Part shown: positions 30,400-40,816 of the stretch, piece after piece
How positions within the stretch are numbered: the first letter of the stretch is position 1
Layout of the letters: each line of letters begins with the position of its first letter
Assembly (NCBI GenBank): GCA_963766645.1
Contig: CAVYAY010000003.1
Location: 759,221 to 823,220 of the forward strand
DNA length: 64,000 nt
Origin: an uncultured Chloroflexia bacterium
Lineage (GTDB): Bacteria > Chloroflexota > Dehalococcoidia > DSTF01 > WHTK01
Direction of reading: 5' to 3'
Notes under the pieces: model-generated
What the model saw: only the letters and a program-made list of their open reading frames with translations
The model's database searches: none
What the model was told of the DNA's origin: nothing
Program-made: the position numbers and the translations under genes

Positions 30400-31190
30400 A
30401 GGTCACGCTTCGTGCTGGCCCAGTCGCTGGCGCCCTTGCTGTCGGCGCCGCGATTGATCCACGCCGCGCGCATGCCGGCGTTCTTCGAGCCAGTGACATC
30501 CGCCAGCAGGCTGTCGCCAACGTAGAGGATGTTCTCCGGCGCCACGCCCATGCGCTCGCTCAGCAGCTCGAAGATCGAGCGGTGCGGCTTGTACGCGCGC
30601 GCCTCCTCCGAAGACACGATCACCGGGAACGTCAGCGCGTTCTTGCCCAGCACCGGGAACAGGAAGTCGTCGTCCGCGTTCGACATCAACGCGATCGGCA
30701 GCTTGCGGCCCGATGGTCTCGACCGTCCGGCGCGATTCCTTGAAGGCCGGCGCCTCCGACAGCATGCTGCGCAGATGCTCGTGACCCGCCGCCGCGTCGC
30801 CCTGCACGCCTAGCTCCTCGAAGCAAAGCGCGAAGTGCTCCGTCCACTCCTCGCGGTAGGTGCGGAACTCGCGGTACCGGCCCGTCGACGGGCCGGTCCG
30901 GCTCCTCGCCGCGTGATGCTGCGGATGCGGCGGGAAGACCACCGTCTCACTCAGCGGGCCGGGCGTGTTCGGGCCGGGCACGGCGTCCGTGGTCGCCGCC
31001 AGCGCGCCCGTCACTGGACCAGGCGGCGCCAGATCTCCATCCACTTCTCGTAGAACACCTCGCCGGTCAGCGGCAGGCCCTGCTCGCGGCAGATCGTGCC
31101 GTAAGCCTGGATGTAAGCGTCATCGCCGAAGTTGATCAGCGTGCCGTAGCAGTCGAAGGCGACGGCCTCGATTCTCGCAGCGTCACTCAC
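30400..31190 (-). CDS. HAD-superfamily hydrolase (haloacid dehalogenase type II-like), frameshifted; the 3' end is unresolved
   Basis: GTG start 31190: [19 protein letters not shown].. (DxYGT motif I); C-terminal ..[30 protein letters not shown].. motifs III/IV. Confidence 0.6.
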
Positions 31191-31251
31191 GTCCCTAGCT
31201 TATCGCGAGACGGGCGAAGAGGCCAAGTGCTACTGAGGGACGCTGTTGCAC

Positions 31252-32502
31252 CTAGTCCTCGTCCAGCCCGAAAAGCTCGCGCAGCGCCTCAACGTGGCGC
31301 TCCGAGCCGTGCTGCCGCAGCCGCGTCACGGGCTCGTGCAGCAGGCGCTTGACCAGCGCGTCGCTCATCGCCTCGATGCGCTTTCGGTCTGCGTCGCTGA
31401 GGTGGCCGAGGCGCGCCAGCGTGCGCTCCAGCTCCGCCTTGCCGCGTCGCTTCGGCGCGCTGGCGCAGAGCCGCAATGGTCGGAGTCGTCTTCTGCTGCG
31501 ACAGCCAGACCCGAAACGTCCCGCCTCATTCTCGACGATGCGCTCCACGGCGCCGACTTCGCGGCGGCGCGCCTCCAGGTTGGCTTCCGCCGCCGACTCA
31601 AGGTCGTCGATGTCGAAGAGGTGGACGTTGGCGACCTCACGCGCCGCGCCTTCAACGTCACGCGGCACCGCGATATCGACGATGAGCAGCGGCCGCTCCG
31701 GCCGCGACGCCATCGCTCGCGAGACGTCTTCGGCGCTGATGATCGCCGCCGGGCGCTGCCGTGGCCGTGATCAGTACGTCGGCTTCCGCCAGCGCGGCTG
31801 TCAGCTCCGAGAACGGGAATCGCGACGCCGTTGAGCTCCCGTGCGATCTCCTCGGCCAGCCCGCTGCGGCGCGTCGTCACCAGCAGCCGGCCGACGCCGT
31901 TCTGCACCAGCGCCCCGGCAGCCCGTGCGGCCCGCCTCGCCGGCGCCGACGACGAGGACCGTCTTGCGCCGCAGGTCGCCGACCAAGCTGGCGGCTCAGG
32001 CTCACCGCCAGCGCGCTGATCGAGAGCCCGTGCGCGCCGATCTCCGTCTCGCTGCGCGCCCGGCGTCCGACCCGCATCGCGGTGTGGAACAGGCGCGCCA
32101 GCACGGCGTTGCTGCTCCCGGCAGCCGTCGAGGCGGAAAACGCCTCTCGCACCTGGCCGAGGATCTCGGACTCGCCGATGACCAGCGACTCGATGCCCGC
32201 GGCGACGCGATAGAGGTGCCGCACCGCGTCGGCGCCGTCGTGATGGTAGAAGCCGACGCCCTCCGGCGCCGGCTCGCCGCGCGCCTGTGCCAGCGCGCTG
32301 CCACTGCTTCGCGTTCGCCCGACGAGATCTCGCTGCCAGATAAAGCTCCGTGCGGTTGCAGGTCGAGAGGATGACGCCACCGCCGAGGTCGGACGGCAGG
32401 CGGCGCAGCGCCGGGCGTCAGCTGCTCGGCGCCGAACGCAAAGCGTTCGCGCAGCTCAACCGGCGTCTCGTGATGGCTGACGCCGGTCACGGAGACGAAC
32501 AT
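31252..32502 (-). CDS. hemA: Glutamyl-tRNA reductase, frameshifted
   Basis: MFVSVTGVSHHETPVELRERFAF.. N-terminus, ..VIGESEILGQVREAF.., ..LVVGAGEAG.. NADPH-binding motif, C-terminal dimerisation helix; pieces lie in 3 frames. Confidence 0.8.
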
Positions 32503-32761
32503 CAGATCAGGCCCTCGCGCCTCGTCCGCTCTCTGCGCGATAGCCTGCTGGCGCTCCCAGTCGCTCAGCTCGGAGTCCTCCAGGTCTTCCGAGGGCTCGT
32601 CGCTGATCACGTCGTTGAGGTCCTTCTGCGCGTTGCGCGCGATTTCGTTGACGCGCGCCGCCATGATCGAGTTCGGACGAGAGAGGTCGCTCAGGCCGAC
32701 CTCCGTCCCTGCCGTCAAGGGTTTGGTCCCTGGCCGCGTCGAAGTCTTCGATCAGCCATTC

Positions 32762-33380
32762 TCAGTCACCACTATCCGATAGCATCTCATACGCCGCCGT
32801 CATACCCAACAGCACCTGGTCACCCAGCGCGTGCACCTGCCCGGACGCCGCCAGGGCTTCTTCCAACGGCATCGACTCCCGCAACGCCGCCTGATTCGTC
32901 GTCTCGTCGATCGTCTTGCGGAAGCCGATGTAGGCGCCGACGGCGCTCGGCAGCGGCAGTCCGGCATCGATCAGAACGCGGCCGTACTCGCCGCCGATCT
33001 CCAGCGCCTCGTCCAGCAGGCTGCTGCGACGCGTGCCGTTTGTCCATGTACTCGCCCGCCATCTCGACCAGCCGCCGGCCCAGGTCACGCAGCCGCTGGC
33101 GGTTGTCGTCGGAAAGGTGGCCGTACCAACCGTGATCGTCCTGCCGTGCCCGCTGCAGCTGACGCCGGATCTTGGCGACGGCCAGCCGCTCGACCTCCTC
33201 GGAGCCGCGGTGCCGTCCTTCGCCCGAGACCATGCTTTCGAGGTCGCTCAGCGAGAAGCGCCGGTGGCCGCCCGGCGTGCGGTAGACGCGCAGTCTGCCG
33301 GCGTCGGCCCAGCGCCGCAGCGTCGATTCATCTGCGCCGAGAATCTCGCAGGCGCGGCGCAGGCTGACCCAGCGTGCCAC
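32762..33380 (-). CDS. MerR/excisionase-family HTH DNA-binding protein, frameshifted
   Basis: MARWVSLRRACEILGADESTLRRWADAGRLRVYRTPGGHRRFSLSDLE.. HTH_17/MerR-type N-terminus. Confidence 0.45.
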
Positions 33381-33539
33381 CGCGCCCGCGTGTTGAGCTT
33401 TGCGTAGCTTCCACCAGATTGCTCCCCTAGTAAATCGCGACTTTCCAAGGTCGCCGAGTCAAGGGTCCATTTTACACGTTTACGTTAAGGGAAGCACCCT
33501 CAGTGATCCATCCGCGACGACAACCCGGTACTGCGATCG

Positions 33540-34740
33540 AACACCGCATCGTCGCTCGCGTCGCACCGTCGAAGGCGGTGCGGCCGGTCTGCAGGCTGCG
33601 CGTGCCGTACTTGTAGACGCACCCTGTCGAACGCCGCGCTGAGCGACTCCGACTTCGTCTCGTCGGATCGGCTCCAGGCTGAGCTGCACCACGTCCTCCA
33701 CCAGCCCGCTGGCCCCCACGCCGATCAGCCGCACCGGACGCCGCTCCGCCTGACGGATGCGCGCTCAGCAGCGCGTCCGCTGCTTCGAAGATCGCCTCGT
33801 TGCTGCTGACCGGCCTGCTGCAGCGTCTTGCTGCGCGACAGCGTCGTGAAGTCCTCGTAGCGCAGCTTCAGCGAAACGGTGCGGGCGCGCTTGCCCTGCT
33901 GCCGCAGCTGTGACCCCACGCTCTCGCTGAAGGCGCGCAGCACGGCCCGCAGGTGCTCCGGAGTCGCGGACGTCGGAGCCGAAGGTGCCCTTCGCGGCTG
34001 ATCGAGCGCGACGTGCGGCTCACCGCCCACCGGCGACGTGTCGATGCCGCGGCTGCGCTGCCAGATCACGCCGCCATGCCGTCCAAACAGCCCCTCTAGC
34101 GTCGCGACCGGCAACGCTGCCAGCTGCCCCAGCGTGCGTCAGCCCCATCTGCGCCAGCTTCTTCTCCATCGAAGGTCCCAGCATCGGCAGCGCGCGCAGC
34201 GGCATCGGCGCCAGGAACGCCGCCTCTTCACCCTCCGGCACGCGCTTGACGCCGTCCGGCTTGGCGGCGTCGGAGGCCACTTTGGCGACGAGCCGGCTCG
34301 TCGCGATACCCACCGACGCCGCCATGCTCTAGCTCGTCATGGATGCGTGCCCGAATCGTCGCCGCGGCTTGCTCCGGCGTCCCGACCAGCGCCTCGCAGC
34401 CCGTTATGTCGATATAGGCCTCGTCAAGGCCGCCCGACTCCACGAGAGGGCTGTAGTCGCTGAGGATGGCGTGGAATGCCCGCGAGACGCGCTGGTACTC
34501 CTTGAAATCGCCGCGCAGGAAGATCGCGTGCGGCGCCAGGCGCTTCGCCGTCCGCAGCGGCATCGCCGAGTGCACACCGAAGACGCGCGCCTCGTAAGAC
34601 GCCGTCGCGACGACGCCGCGGCCGTCCGGGTCGCCGCCAACGACGACCGCCTTGCCCTGCAGCGACGGGTCGCGCGCCTGCTCCACCGCCACGAAGAAGG
34701 CGTCGAGGTCTACATGGAGAATTTGCCGCGCCACCGTCAA
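33540..34740 (-). CDS. dinB: DNA polymerase IV (Y-family), frameshifted; the 3' end is approximate
   Basis: MTVARQILHVDLDAFFVAVEQ.. ; ..SLDEAYIDITG..; little-finger ..RTVSLKLRYEDFTTLSRSKTL.. Confidence 0.8.
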
Positions 34741-34822
34741 TCAGGAATAGCAAACATGTTCTAGGAAGTCAAGCGGCTTGCAACACCGCCAAGTACTTGT
34801 AGGTTGGTTTGAAACTAAACAG

Positions 34823-35260
34823 CTAGAGAAATTCGGCGGCAGCCTCACGCCGCCACGCAGTGGCTAGTGGAAGAAGCGGCTTCTTCTCTTCGCTCTTGCC
34901 GTTTTGCTCCGGCTTCTCTGGCTTCTCTTTGCCGGCGTTCTCGATCTCGTCCGGCGTGATCGAGTTGAGGATGTCCTCCGCCGACTCGCCGCGGTTGAGA
35001 CGCCTCGCAACCGCGATACTCGCCAGCACGATCAGCGCCGACGAAACGACGGCGGCGGTGCCGATGAACTTCTGGTAGCGCTTGGTTAGCTCGGGAAACT
35101 TGTTGACGACACGATGCGCCAGTTGGAGTGCCGATAGCGCGCTCGGGTCGGGCGTTTCGCCCTGCCCGTTCTGCCAGTCGCCATCATCCAGCTCCGGCTG
35201 GTCCGTCGGCTCGGTATCGATCAAGAAGGCTCCTCCGGGAATACCTCGGCATGATATCAC
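34823..35260 (-). CDS. Hypothetical membrane-anchored protein with a Lys/Glu-rich C-terminus
   Basis: One predicted TM helix (..AAVVSSALIVLASIAVA..); no recognisable domain. Confidence 0.35.
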   Translation of the reverse strand: MISCRGIPGGAFLIDTEPTDQPELDDGDWQNGQGETPDPSALSALQLAHRVVNKFPELTKRYQKFIGTAAVVSSALIVLASIAVARRLNRGESAEDILNSITPDEIENAGKEKPEKPEQNGKSEEKKPLLPLATAWRREAAAEFL

Positions 35261-35300
35261 ATGCCCATCGGGCGCCCCACGGCGCCTGGTTACGTCCCGG

Positions 35301-35777
35301 TTAACTCTCTGACGCCAGCTCGCGCCGCAGGTTGGCCATGATCACGGCCGTCTGCGCGCCCTCGTAGCCCCAGTTCGACGTGCCTTCGCCCGACCTCGCC
35401 AGCGCTTGCTCCAGCGTGTCCGCCGTGATGATCTTGAAGATCGCTGGTACGCCGGTCTCCCGGCTCACGTCCTGCAGCGCCACCGCCGTCGCCTGGTTGA
35501 TGTACTCGTTGTGGTCCGTCTCGCCCTTGATCACGCAGCCGAGGCAGATCACCGCGTCGTAACGCTCCGTCTCGGCAAGCCGCTGCGCCGCGAACGGCAA
35601 CTCGAAGCTTCCCGGCACCCACGCGACGATACGCCTCTCCGCGCTCACGCCCAGCGCATCCAACCCCTCGAGCGCGCCGGCCAGCAGCCGCTCCGTGATC
35701 AACGTATTGAACCGCGCCACAGCGATCGCAACGCTGACATTCGAGCCGTCGAGGTTTTCAGGGAGCGTCCGGGTCAT
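35301..35777 (-). CDS. ribH: 6,7-dimethyl-8-ribityllumazine synthase
   Basis: ..VAIAVARFNTLITERLLAGA..GSFELPFAAQ.. 158 aa. Confidence 0.9.
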   Translation of the reverse strand: MTRTLPENLDGSNVSVAIAVARFNTLITERLLAGALEGLDALGVSAERRIVAWVPGSFELPFAAQRLAETERYDAVICLGCVIKGETDHNEYINQATAVALQDVSRETGVPAIFKIITADTLEQALARSGEGTSNWGYEGAQTAVIMANLRRELASES

Positions 35778-35780
35778 CCC

Positions 35781-37055
35781 CTAGACGATGTCCATCGGGT
35801 CGTCGTCGAAACGGTGGCCCAGCTTCTCTGCTTTGATCTGCAGGTAGCGAGCGTTGAACTCGTTCGGCTCGACGATGATTGGCACGCGCTCCACCATCTC
35901 CAGGCCGTAGCCTTCCAGGCCGAGTCGCTTGCGCGGGTTGTTGGTCAGGAACCGGATCTTTCGCAGGCCCAGGTCGACCAGTATCTGCATTCCAATGCCG
36001 TAATCGCGGCGGTCCGCCTCGAAGCCCAGCGCCTCGTTGGCCTCAACCGTATCCATGCCGTCGTCCTGCAGGGCGTAGGCACGCAACTTGTTGTGGAAGC
36101 CGATGCCGCGCCCTTCTTGCCGCATGTAAACGATGACGCCGCGGCCTTCGGCGCCAATCAGCTGCATCGCTTTCTCGAGTTGCTCGCCGCAGTCGCAGCG
36201 CATGCTCTGGAACACGTCGCCCGTGACGCATTGGCTGTGCATGCGCACCAACGTCGGTTCGCCGTCGCCGATGTCGCCCATCACCAACGCCACGTGCTCA
36301 TCCGGATCGACGATGCTGCGATACGCGATCGCCTTCCAGGTGCCGTAGAGAGTCGGAATCACCGTCTCCGTAACGCGCTCGACCAGCCGCTCGTGCTGCT
36401 GCCGATAGGCGATCATCTGCTCGACGCTGATGATCTTGAGGTGGTGCTTCTGAGCGAACTTCTTGAGGTCCGGCAGCCGCGCCATAGTGCCGTCTTCGTT
36501 CATGATCTCGCAGACGAGGCCCGCGGGATACATGCCCGCCAGCTTCGCGAGGTCGACCGCCGCTTCGGTCTGCCCGGCGCGTACCAGGACGCCGCCATCA
36601 CGGGCGCGCAGCGGGAACAGGTGCCCCGGCATCGCCAGCTCGCGCTTCGTCGTATTCGGGTCGATCAGAACGCGCACCGTCTCGGCGCGGTCCGCGGCCG
36701 AGATACCGGTCGTCACGTTGCTGCGCGCCTCGACCGACACCGTGAACGCGGTGCCGAAGAGTGATGCGTTGTCCTGGGGACTCACCTGCATCGGGATGCC
36801 AAGTTCGTCCAGCCGCTCGCCGGTCATCGGCATGCAGATCAGGCCGCGGCCGTACTTGGCCATGAAGTTGATGCTCTCGGCAGTTGCGAACTCGGCGGCG
36901 ATCACGAGGTCGCCCTCGTTCTCGCGGCTCTCGTCGTCGGTGATTATTACGAAGCGGCCGGCTCGAAACTCCTCGATAGCCTCCTCGACCGTGGCCATCA
37001 CGCCCTCGCCCTTATAGCTGCGCGAGGTGCCCCGCGTGGCTTCCGCCCTCGTCAT
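35781..37055 (-). CDS. ribBA: Bifunctional 3,4-dihydroxy-2-butanone-4-phosphate synthase / GTP cyclohydrolase II
   Basis: 424 aa; DHBP synthase N-terminal half (..RENEGDL..) and GCHII C-terminal half (..CDCG..). Confidence 0.9.
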   Translation of the reverse strand: MTRAEATRGTSRSYKGEGVMATVEEAIEEFRAGRFVIITDDESRENEGDLVIAAEFATAESINFMAKYGRGLICMPMTGERLDELGIPMQVSPQDNASLFGTAFTVSVEARSNVTTGISAADRAETVRVLIDPNTTKRELAMPGHLFPLRARDGGVLVRAGQTEAAVDLAKLAGMYPAGLVCEIMNEDGTMARLPDLKKFAQKHHLKIISVEQMIAYRQQHERLVERVTETVIPTLYGTWKAIAYRSIVDPDEHVALVMGDIGDGEPTLVRMHSQCVTGDVFQSMRCDCGEQLEKAMQLIGAEGRGVIVYMRQEGRGIGFHNKLRAYALQDDGMDTVEANEALGFEADRRDYGIGMQILVDLGLRKIRFLTNNPRKRLGLEGYGLEMVERVPIIVEPNEFNARYLQIKAEKLGHRFDDDPMDIV

Positions 37056-37057
37056 GA

Positions 37058-37672
37058 TCAGAGCCTTTCTGCCGGGCGAGGATCTCCTTCGCCGTAACGC
37101 TCGTCAAGCAACTGCTCAACGTAGCGGGCGATGATGTCTGACTCCAAGTTTATCCTATCGTTAGGGTTCAGGTTCATCAGGTTGGTGTGCTCCTGCGTGA
37201 ACGGGATCAGCCCTACAGAAAACGTCTCGGCGTCCTTGTCTATTACGGTCAGTGACGCGCCGTTGACCGCTATCGGCCCTTTGACGATGACGTAGCGCAG
37301 GATCTCCGGCGGCGCGTTGAACCGCGCGACGATCGAGTGCTCCTGCGGCTCGAACGAGCGTAGCGTACCGGTGTGCTCGATTACTCCGCGCAGCAGGTGC
37401 CCGCCGATGCGTCCCGCCAGAGTCAGCGCGCGCTCAAGGTTCACCGGATCGCCGACCTTCAGGTCGCCCAGGTTCGTGCGCGCGTACGTTTCTTCGATGA
37501 CGTTGGCGTGGAAGCCGTCCTCGTCGAGGTAAACAGCCGTGAGGTCGCAGCCGTTCACGGCAATGGAGTCACCAAGGTTGGTGCCCCACGTCACCTTCTT
37601 CGCGTTGATCACCAATCGCCCCGGCCCAATCGACCGGACCGTCCCCACTTCTTCGACGATACCCGTGAACAC
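37058..37672 (-). CDS. ribE: Riboflavin synthase (alpha subunit)
   Basis: MFTGIVEEVGTV.. duplicated lumazine-binding halves (..SIAVNGCDLTAV.. / ..PIAVNGASLTVI..). Confidence 0.9.
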   Translation of the reverse strand: MFTGIVEEVGTVRSIGPGRLVINAKKVTWGTNLGDSIAVNGCDLTAVYLDEDGFHANVIEETYARTNLGDLKVGDPVNLERALTLAGRIGGHLLRGVIEHTGTLRSFEPQEHSIVARFNAPPEILRYVIVKGPIAVNGASLTVIDKDAETFSVGLIPFTQEHTNLMNLNPNDRINLESDIIARYVEQLLDERYGEGDPRPAERL

Positions 37673-37813
37673 CTTGCCCCCGACCGCGCTGTCTGCACGC
37701 TATGTCTAGTTGTGCTCGGAGTCTAGCGGTCAATCGGCTCGTCGGGCAATCGCGCCATCTCCCATATCGAGCCATCGGCATCGAGCCGAGACGAAGCAAT
37801 CTCGTTGGCCTAG

Positions 37814-38647
37814 GTGAATGAGATCGCCGATCAATTACAATTTTCCTACGTGAACGAATACATCGACGCCAACCGCAGCAACTGGAACGACCGCGTCCCG
37901 ATCCACATGAACTCAGACTTCTATGAAGTCGCCTCGTTCAAGGAGGGGCGCTCCACCCTGCTGCCCGTCGAGCGCCAGGAACTCGGCGACGTCCGTGGTA
38001 AGACCCTACTGCATTTGCAGTGTCACTTCGGTATGGACACGCTGTCCTGGGCCCGCGAAGGCGCGCTCATCACCGGCATCGACTTCTCGGGCCCGGCGAT
38101 CGCAGCTGCGCGCTCGCTGGCGCGTGAGATGCAAATCGGCGCCACTTTCATTGAGACAGACGTCTACAGGCTCGCCGAGGTCCTGACCGGCAGCTTCGAC
38201 ATCGTCTTCGCGTCTTACGGCGTGCTCTGCTGGCTCCCGGACTTGGCGAGCTGGTTCGAGATCGCAGCTGCTTTCCTCAGACCCGGCGGCGTGCTCTACC
38301 TCATCGATGGACACCCCATCGCAGACATGCTGGACGATGACGAAATCAAGCTGGCTTTTCCCTACCTCGGCGCGCAGCCGCTTCCGTTCGACACCGACCG
38401 CACTTACACCGACCAGGAGACCGGGCTCGAGCACGAACGCTCGTACAACTTCGCTCACGGGCTCGGCGAAATCGTTGGCGCCGCTATCGACGCCGGCCTT
38501 CAGCTCGAGTTCCTGCACGAGTTCACCTACGGATTCTTCCCGAGGTTCGCGGAGATGCAGAAGCGCGACGACGGCTACTACGAGCTGCCGGGCAACCCCT
38601 TCCAGTTGCCGTTCATGTTCTCTCTACGAGCGCGAAAGGCGGAATAG
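37814..38647 (+). CDS. Class I SAM-dependent methyltransferase
   Basis: ..LLHLQCHFGMDT.. (motif I region), 277 aa intact. Confidence 0.75.
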   Translation: MNEIADQLQFSYVNEYIDANRSNWNDRVPIHMNSDFYEVASFKEGRSTLLPVERQELGDVRGKTLLHLQCHFGMDTLSWAREGALITGIDFSGPAIAAARSLAREMQIGATFIETDVYRLAEVLTGSFDIVFASYGVLCWLPDLASWFEIAAAFLRPGGVLYLIDGHPIADMLDDDEIKLAFPYLGAQPLPFDTDRTYTDQETGLEHERSYNFAHGLGEIVGAAIDAGLQLEFLHEFTYGFFPRFAEMQKRDDGYYELPGNPFQLPFMFSLRARKAE

Positions 38648-38862
38648 GGACACGGCGGACGCGCGAGGGAGAAGGTAGCGGCGGGTAGGAGAACACGCCA
38701 GAGTTGCGGGAAGCAGCAAGCTATGTTGTTTGAGATAGCCCTCTGAGCGTGATCTCCTACCGATAACCGCCGTAGGAAATATGGGCCACCGCTATCTCAC
38801 CCTTGTCACACGCCCAGGTCAGGGTGGTCTCGGATCAGTCTCAGTTTCGTAACGACCTCATG

Positions 38863-39624
38863 TCAGGCAGCAATAACGGCCAGCTGGTGGCCCAGCGCCA
38901 TTTGCAGCAATTGCTCCGGCGTCGCTTCGCCGCCCGGCTCCAGACAAGCCACGCCGAACTGCGGCTGCTGGCCGTCGAACTCATTGCGAAGCCTCTCGAT
39001 AACTACTTCGGCGCCCGATCGCGTCGTATGCGGCAAGCAGATCGCGTAGACGTAGCGTCCCAGACGTCCCGCGCTATCCTCCGCCCGCAGATATCTCGCC
39101 GTCACCTCGATCAATTGCGATGTGAGAACTAGTTGCGATGCGAGAACGGCCCTCTCACGGTCTGGCGCCGTTGAGAGCGTCACTAGGCTCAGTGGCAGAT
39201 TGTGCCGCCGGCTGCGATTGAGTTCCTGTGCCAGCCGTGCTTCAAAGTACTGCCGAGAAAGGCGCACCTCGTTTGGTGAGAACTCGTCGAGGCGTCGCAG
39301 CATCTCGCCCTCCAAACGCTTCTGACGCCGCGTCAGGTTTCTTTCGAGACGCTTCAGGGTCACGACCGCGTATCCGGAGTAGAACAACGCTGGCGCCAGT
39401 GTCAAAAGGATCCGAATCGACTGGGAATGGTCTCCCGAAAGCAACCCGGCGGCGAGGAAGACGGGGAGCAGCGCCAGCGGCGCAATCAGCGCCTTGTTCC
39501 GCCCAAGCCAGAATGCCGTAGCGCTTGTTCCGTGCCACATGGCCGTCAGCGAACGCATCGGTTCCAGACCCCGCGGCCCGCTGACTTTCGTTGCCATCGT
39601 GCTCAACTCGCGCTCCACGCCCAT
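38863..39624 (-). CDS. Membrane protein with a degenerate GGDEF-like domain (signature replaced by GRYVYA), embedded in the rib gene cluster
   Basis: Two N-terminal TM helices; ..AGRLGRYVYAICLPHTTRSGAEVVIERLRNEF.. aligns with ..aRyGGEEFaillP.t....A...aerir.. of GGDEF domains. Confidence 0.4.
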   Translation of the reverse strand: MGVERELSTMATKVSGPRGLEPMRSLTAMWHGTSATAFWLGRNKALIAPLALLPVFLAAGLLSGDHSQSIRILLTLAPALFYSGYAVVTLKRLERNLTRRQKRLEGEMLRRLDEFSPNEVRLSRQYFEARLAQELNRSRRHNLPLSLVTLSTAPDRERAVLASQLVLTSQLIEVTARYLRAEDSAGRLGRYVYAICLPHTTRSGAEVVIERLRNEFDGQQPQFGVACLEPGGEATPEQLLQMALGHQLAVIAA

Positions 39625-39706
39625 GATCTCGGTTATTTCTGTTCAGAACATAACGCCGAAAACGGGCCCCGGGGGATCTGTGACGAAACTGAGATGGCAA
39701 CTACTT

Positions 39707-40816
39707 TCAGGCCTGCGACCAGTCGGGGTATCCGGTCAGCAGCACGTCGTCTCCCAGGCGCTCCACCGTCAGGTCGGAAAGGCGGATCGCATCGCGCATG
39801 ACTTGCGCTCCGCGGCCCGCAATCGCCGCCGGTGCGTCCGCTGCACCGATCACCAGCGGCGCGATCACCGCCGTCAGCTTGTCGACCAGCCGCTGGTCGA
39901 AGAACGAGCCAAGCAATACGCCGCCGCCCTCCAGCAGCAACGTCACGATACCGCGCGAACCCAGGTCTCGCAGCAGCTCGGGCAGTGGCACGCGGCCGTC
40001 CAGATCCTCGTCCAGCACCAGCACCTCGGCCCCAGCTTCCTCGATCGTCCGGCGCCACTCGCTGCTGGAGCGCGCCGTCGTCGCGATCAGCGTCTTCGCC
40101 ACGCCGGAGAACACGCCCGCGGTAGGCGATATACGGCCGGTGCTATCCAGCACCACGCGTAGCGGCTGATGCTCCGCCAGCTCACCGCCGGGACGCGCCG
40201 TCAGCTGCGGGTCGTCGACCACGACGGTGCTGGCGCCGACCATGATCGCGTCCAGTTTGGTGCGGCCGTCGTGCGCCCAGCGCAGCGTCATCGGCCCGCT
40301 GACCCAGCGCGAGTCGCCGCTCGCCGCCGCGATTCGCCCATCGACGCTCGCCGCGTACTTGGCGACGACGAAGGGAAGCCCGGTCTGGCGGTGTTTGATG
40401 TACGCCTCCAGCAGCCGCGCGGAGTCCTCGGCCCCGTCTCCCACCTCAACCTCGACGCCGGCTTCCACGAGCTGCTGGTGGCCGTTGCCCGAAACCCGCT
40501 TGTCCGGATCCTCGATTGAGTAAACGACCTTCGTCACGCCTGCCGCGATCAGCGCTCGGGTGCAGGGCGGGGTGCGGCCCTGGTGGCTGCATGGCTCCAG
40601 CGTCACGTAGAGGGTCGCGCCACGCGCCGCCCCGGCAGCTTCTTCCAGCGCCACGATCTCGGCGTGTGGCCCGCCCGGCGGGCGTGTGTAACCCTGCCCG
40701 ACAATGCGCCCGCCGTTGATTAGCAAGGCGCCGACCCACGGGTTTGGGCTGGTCGAGCCGTGGGCCTGTCGCGCCAGATCGAGTGCCTGGCGCATCAGCC
40801 CGGACGGAGGATTCAT
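39707..40816 (-). CDS. ribD: Bifunctional diaminohydroxyphosphoribosylaminopyrimidine deaminase / 5-amino-6-(5-phosphoribosylamino)uracil reductase
   Basis: ..HAEIVALEEAAG..TLYVTLEPCSHQGRTPPC.. deaminase zinc motif plus a C-terminal reductase domain. Confidence 0.9.
   Translation of the reverse strand: MNPPSGLMRQALDLARQAHGSTSPNPWVGALLINGGRIVGQGYTRPPGGPHAEIVALEEAAGAARGATLYVTLEPCSHQGRTPPCTRALIAAGVTKVVYSIEDPDKRVSGNGHQQLVEAGVEVEVGDGAEDSARLLEAYIKHRQTGLPFVVAKYAASVDGRIAAASGDSRWVSGPMTLRWAHDGRTKLDAIMVGASTVVVDDPQLTARPGGELAEHQPLRVVLDSTGRISPTAGVFSGVAKTLIATTARSSSEWRRTIEEAGAEVLVLDEDLDGRVPLPELLRDLGSRGIVTLLLEGGGVLLGSFFDQRLVDKLTAVIAPLVIGAADAPAAIAGRGAQVMRDAIRLSDLTVERLGDDVLLTGYPDWSQA

Noticed and set aside
35406-36764. 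452-aa plus-strand ORF
   Set aside because: Antisense to intact ribBA/ribH, with Arg/Ala/Leu-rich and no motifs. It is a high-GC artefact. The same applies to 41958..43316, 45898..46815, 50359..51144, 182..850, 190..891 and 29355..30048.
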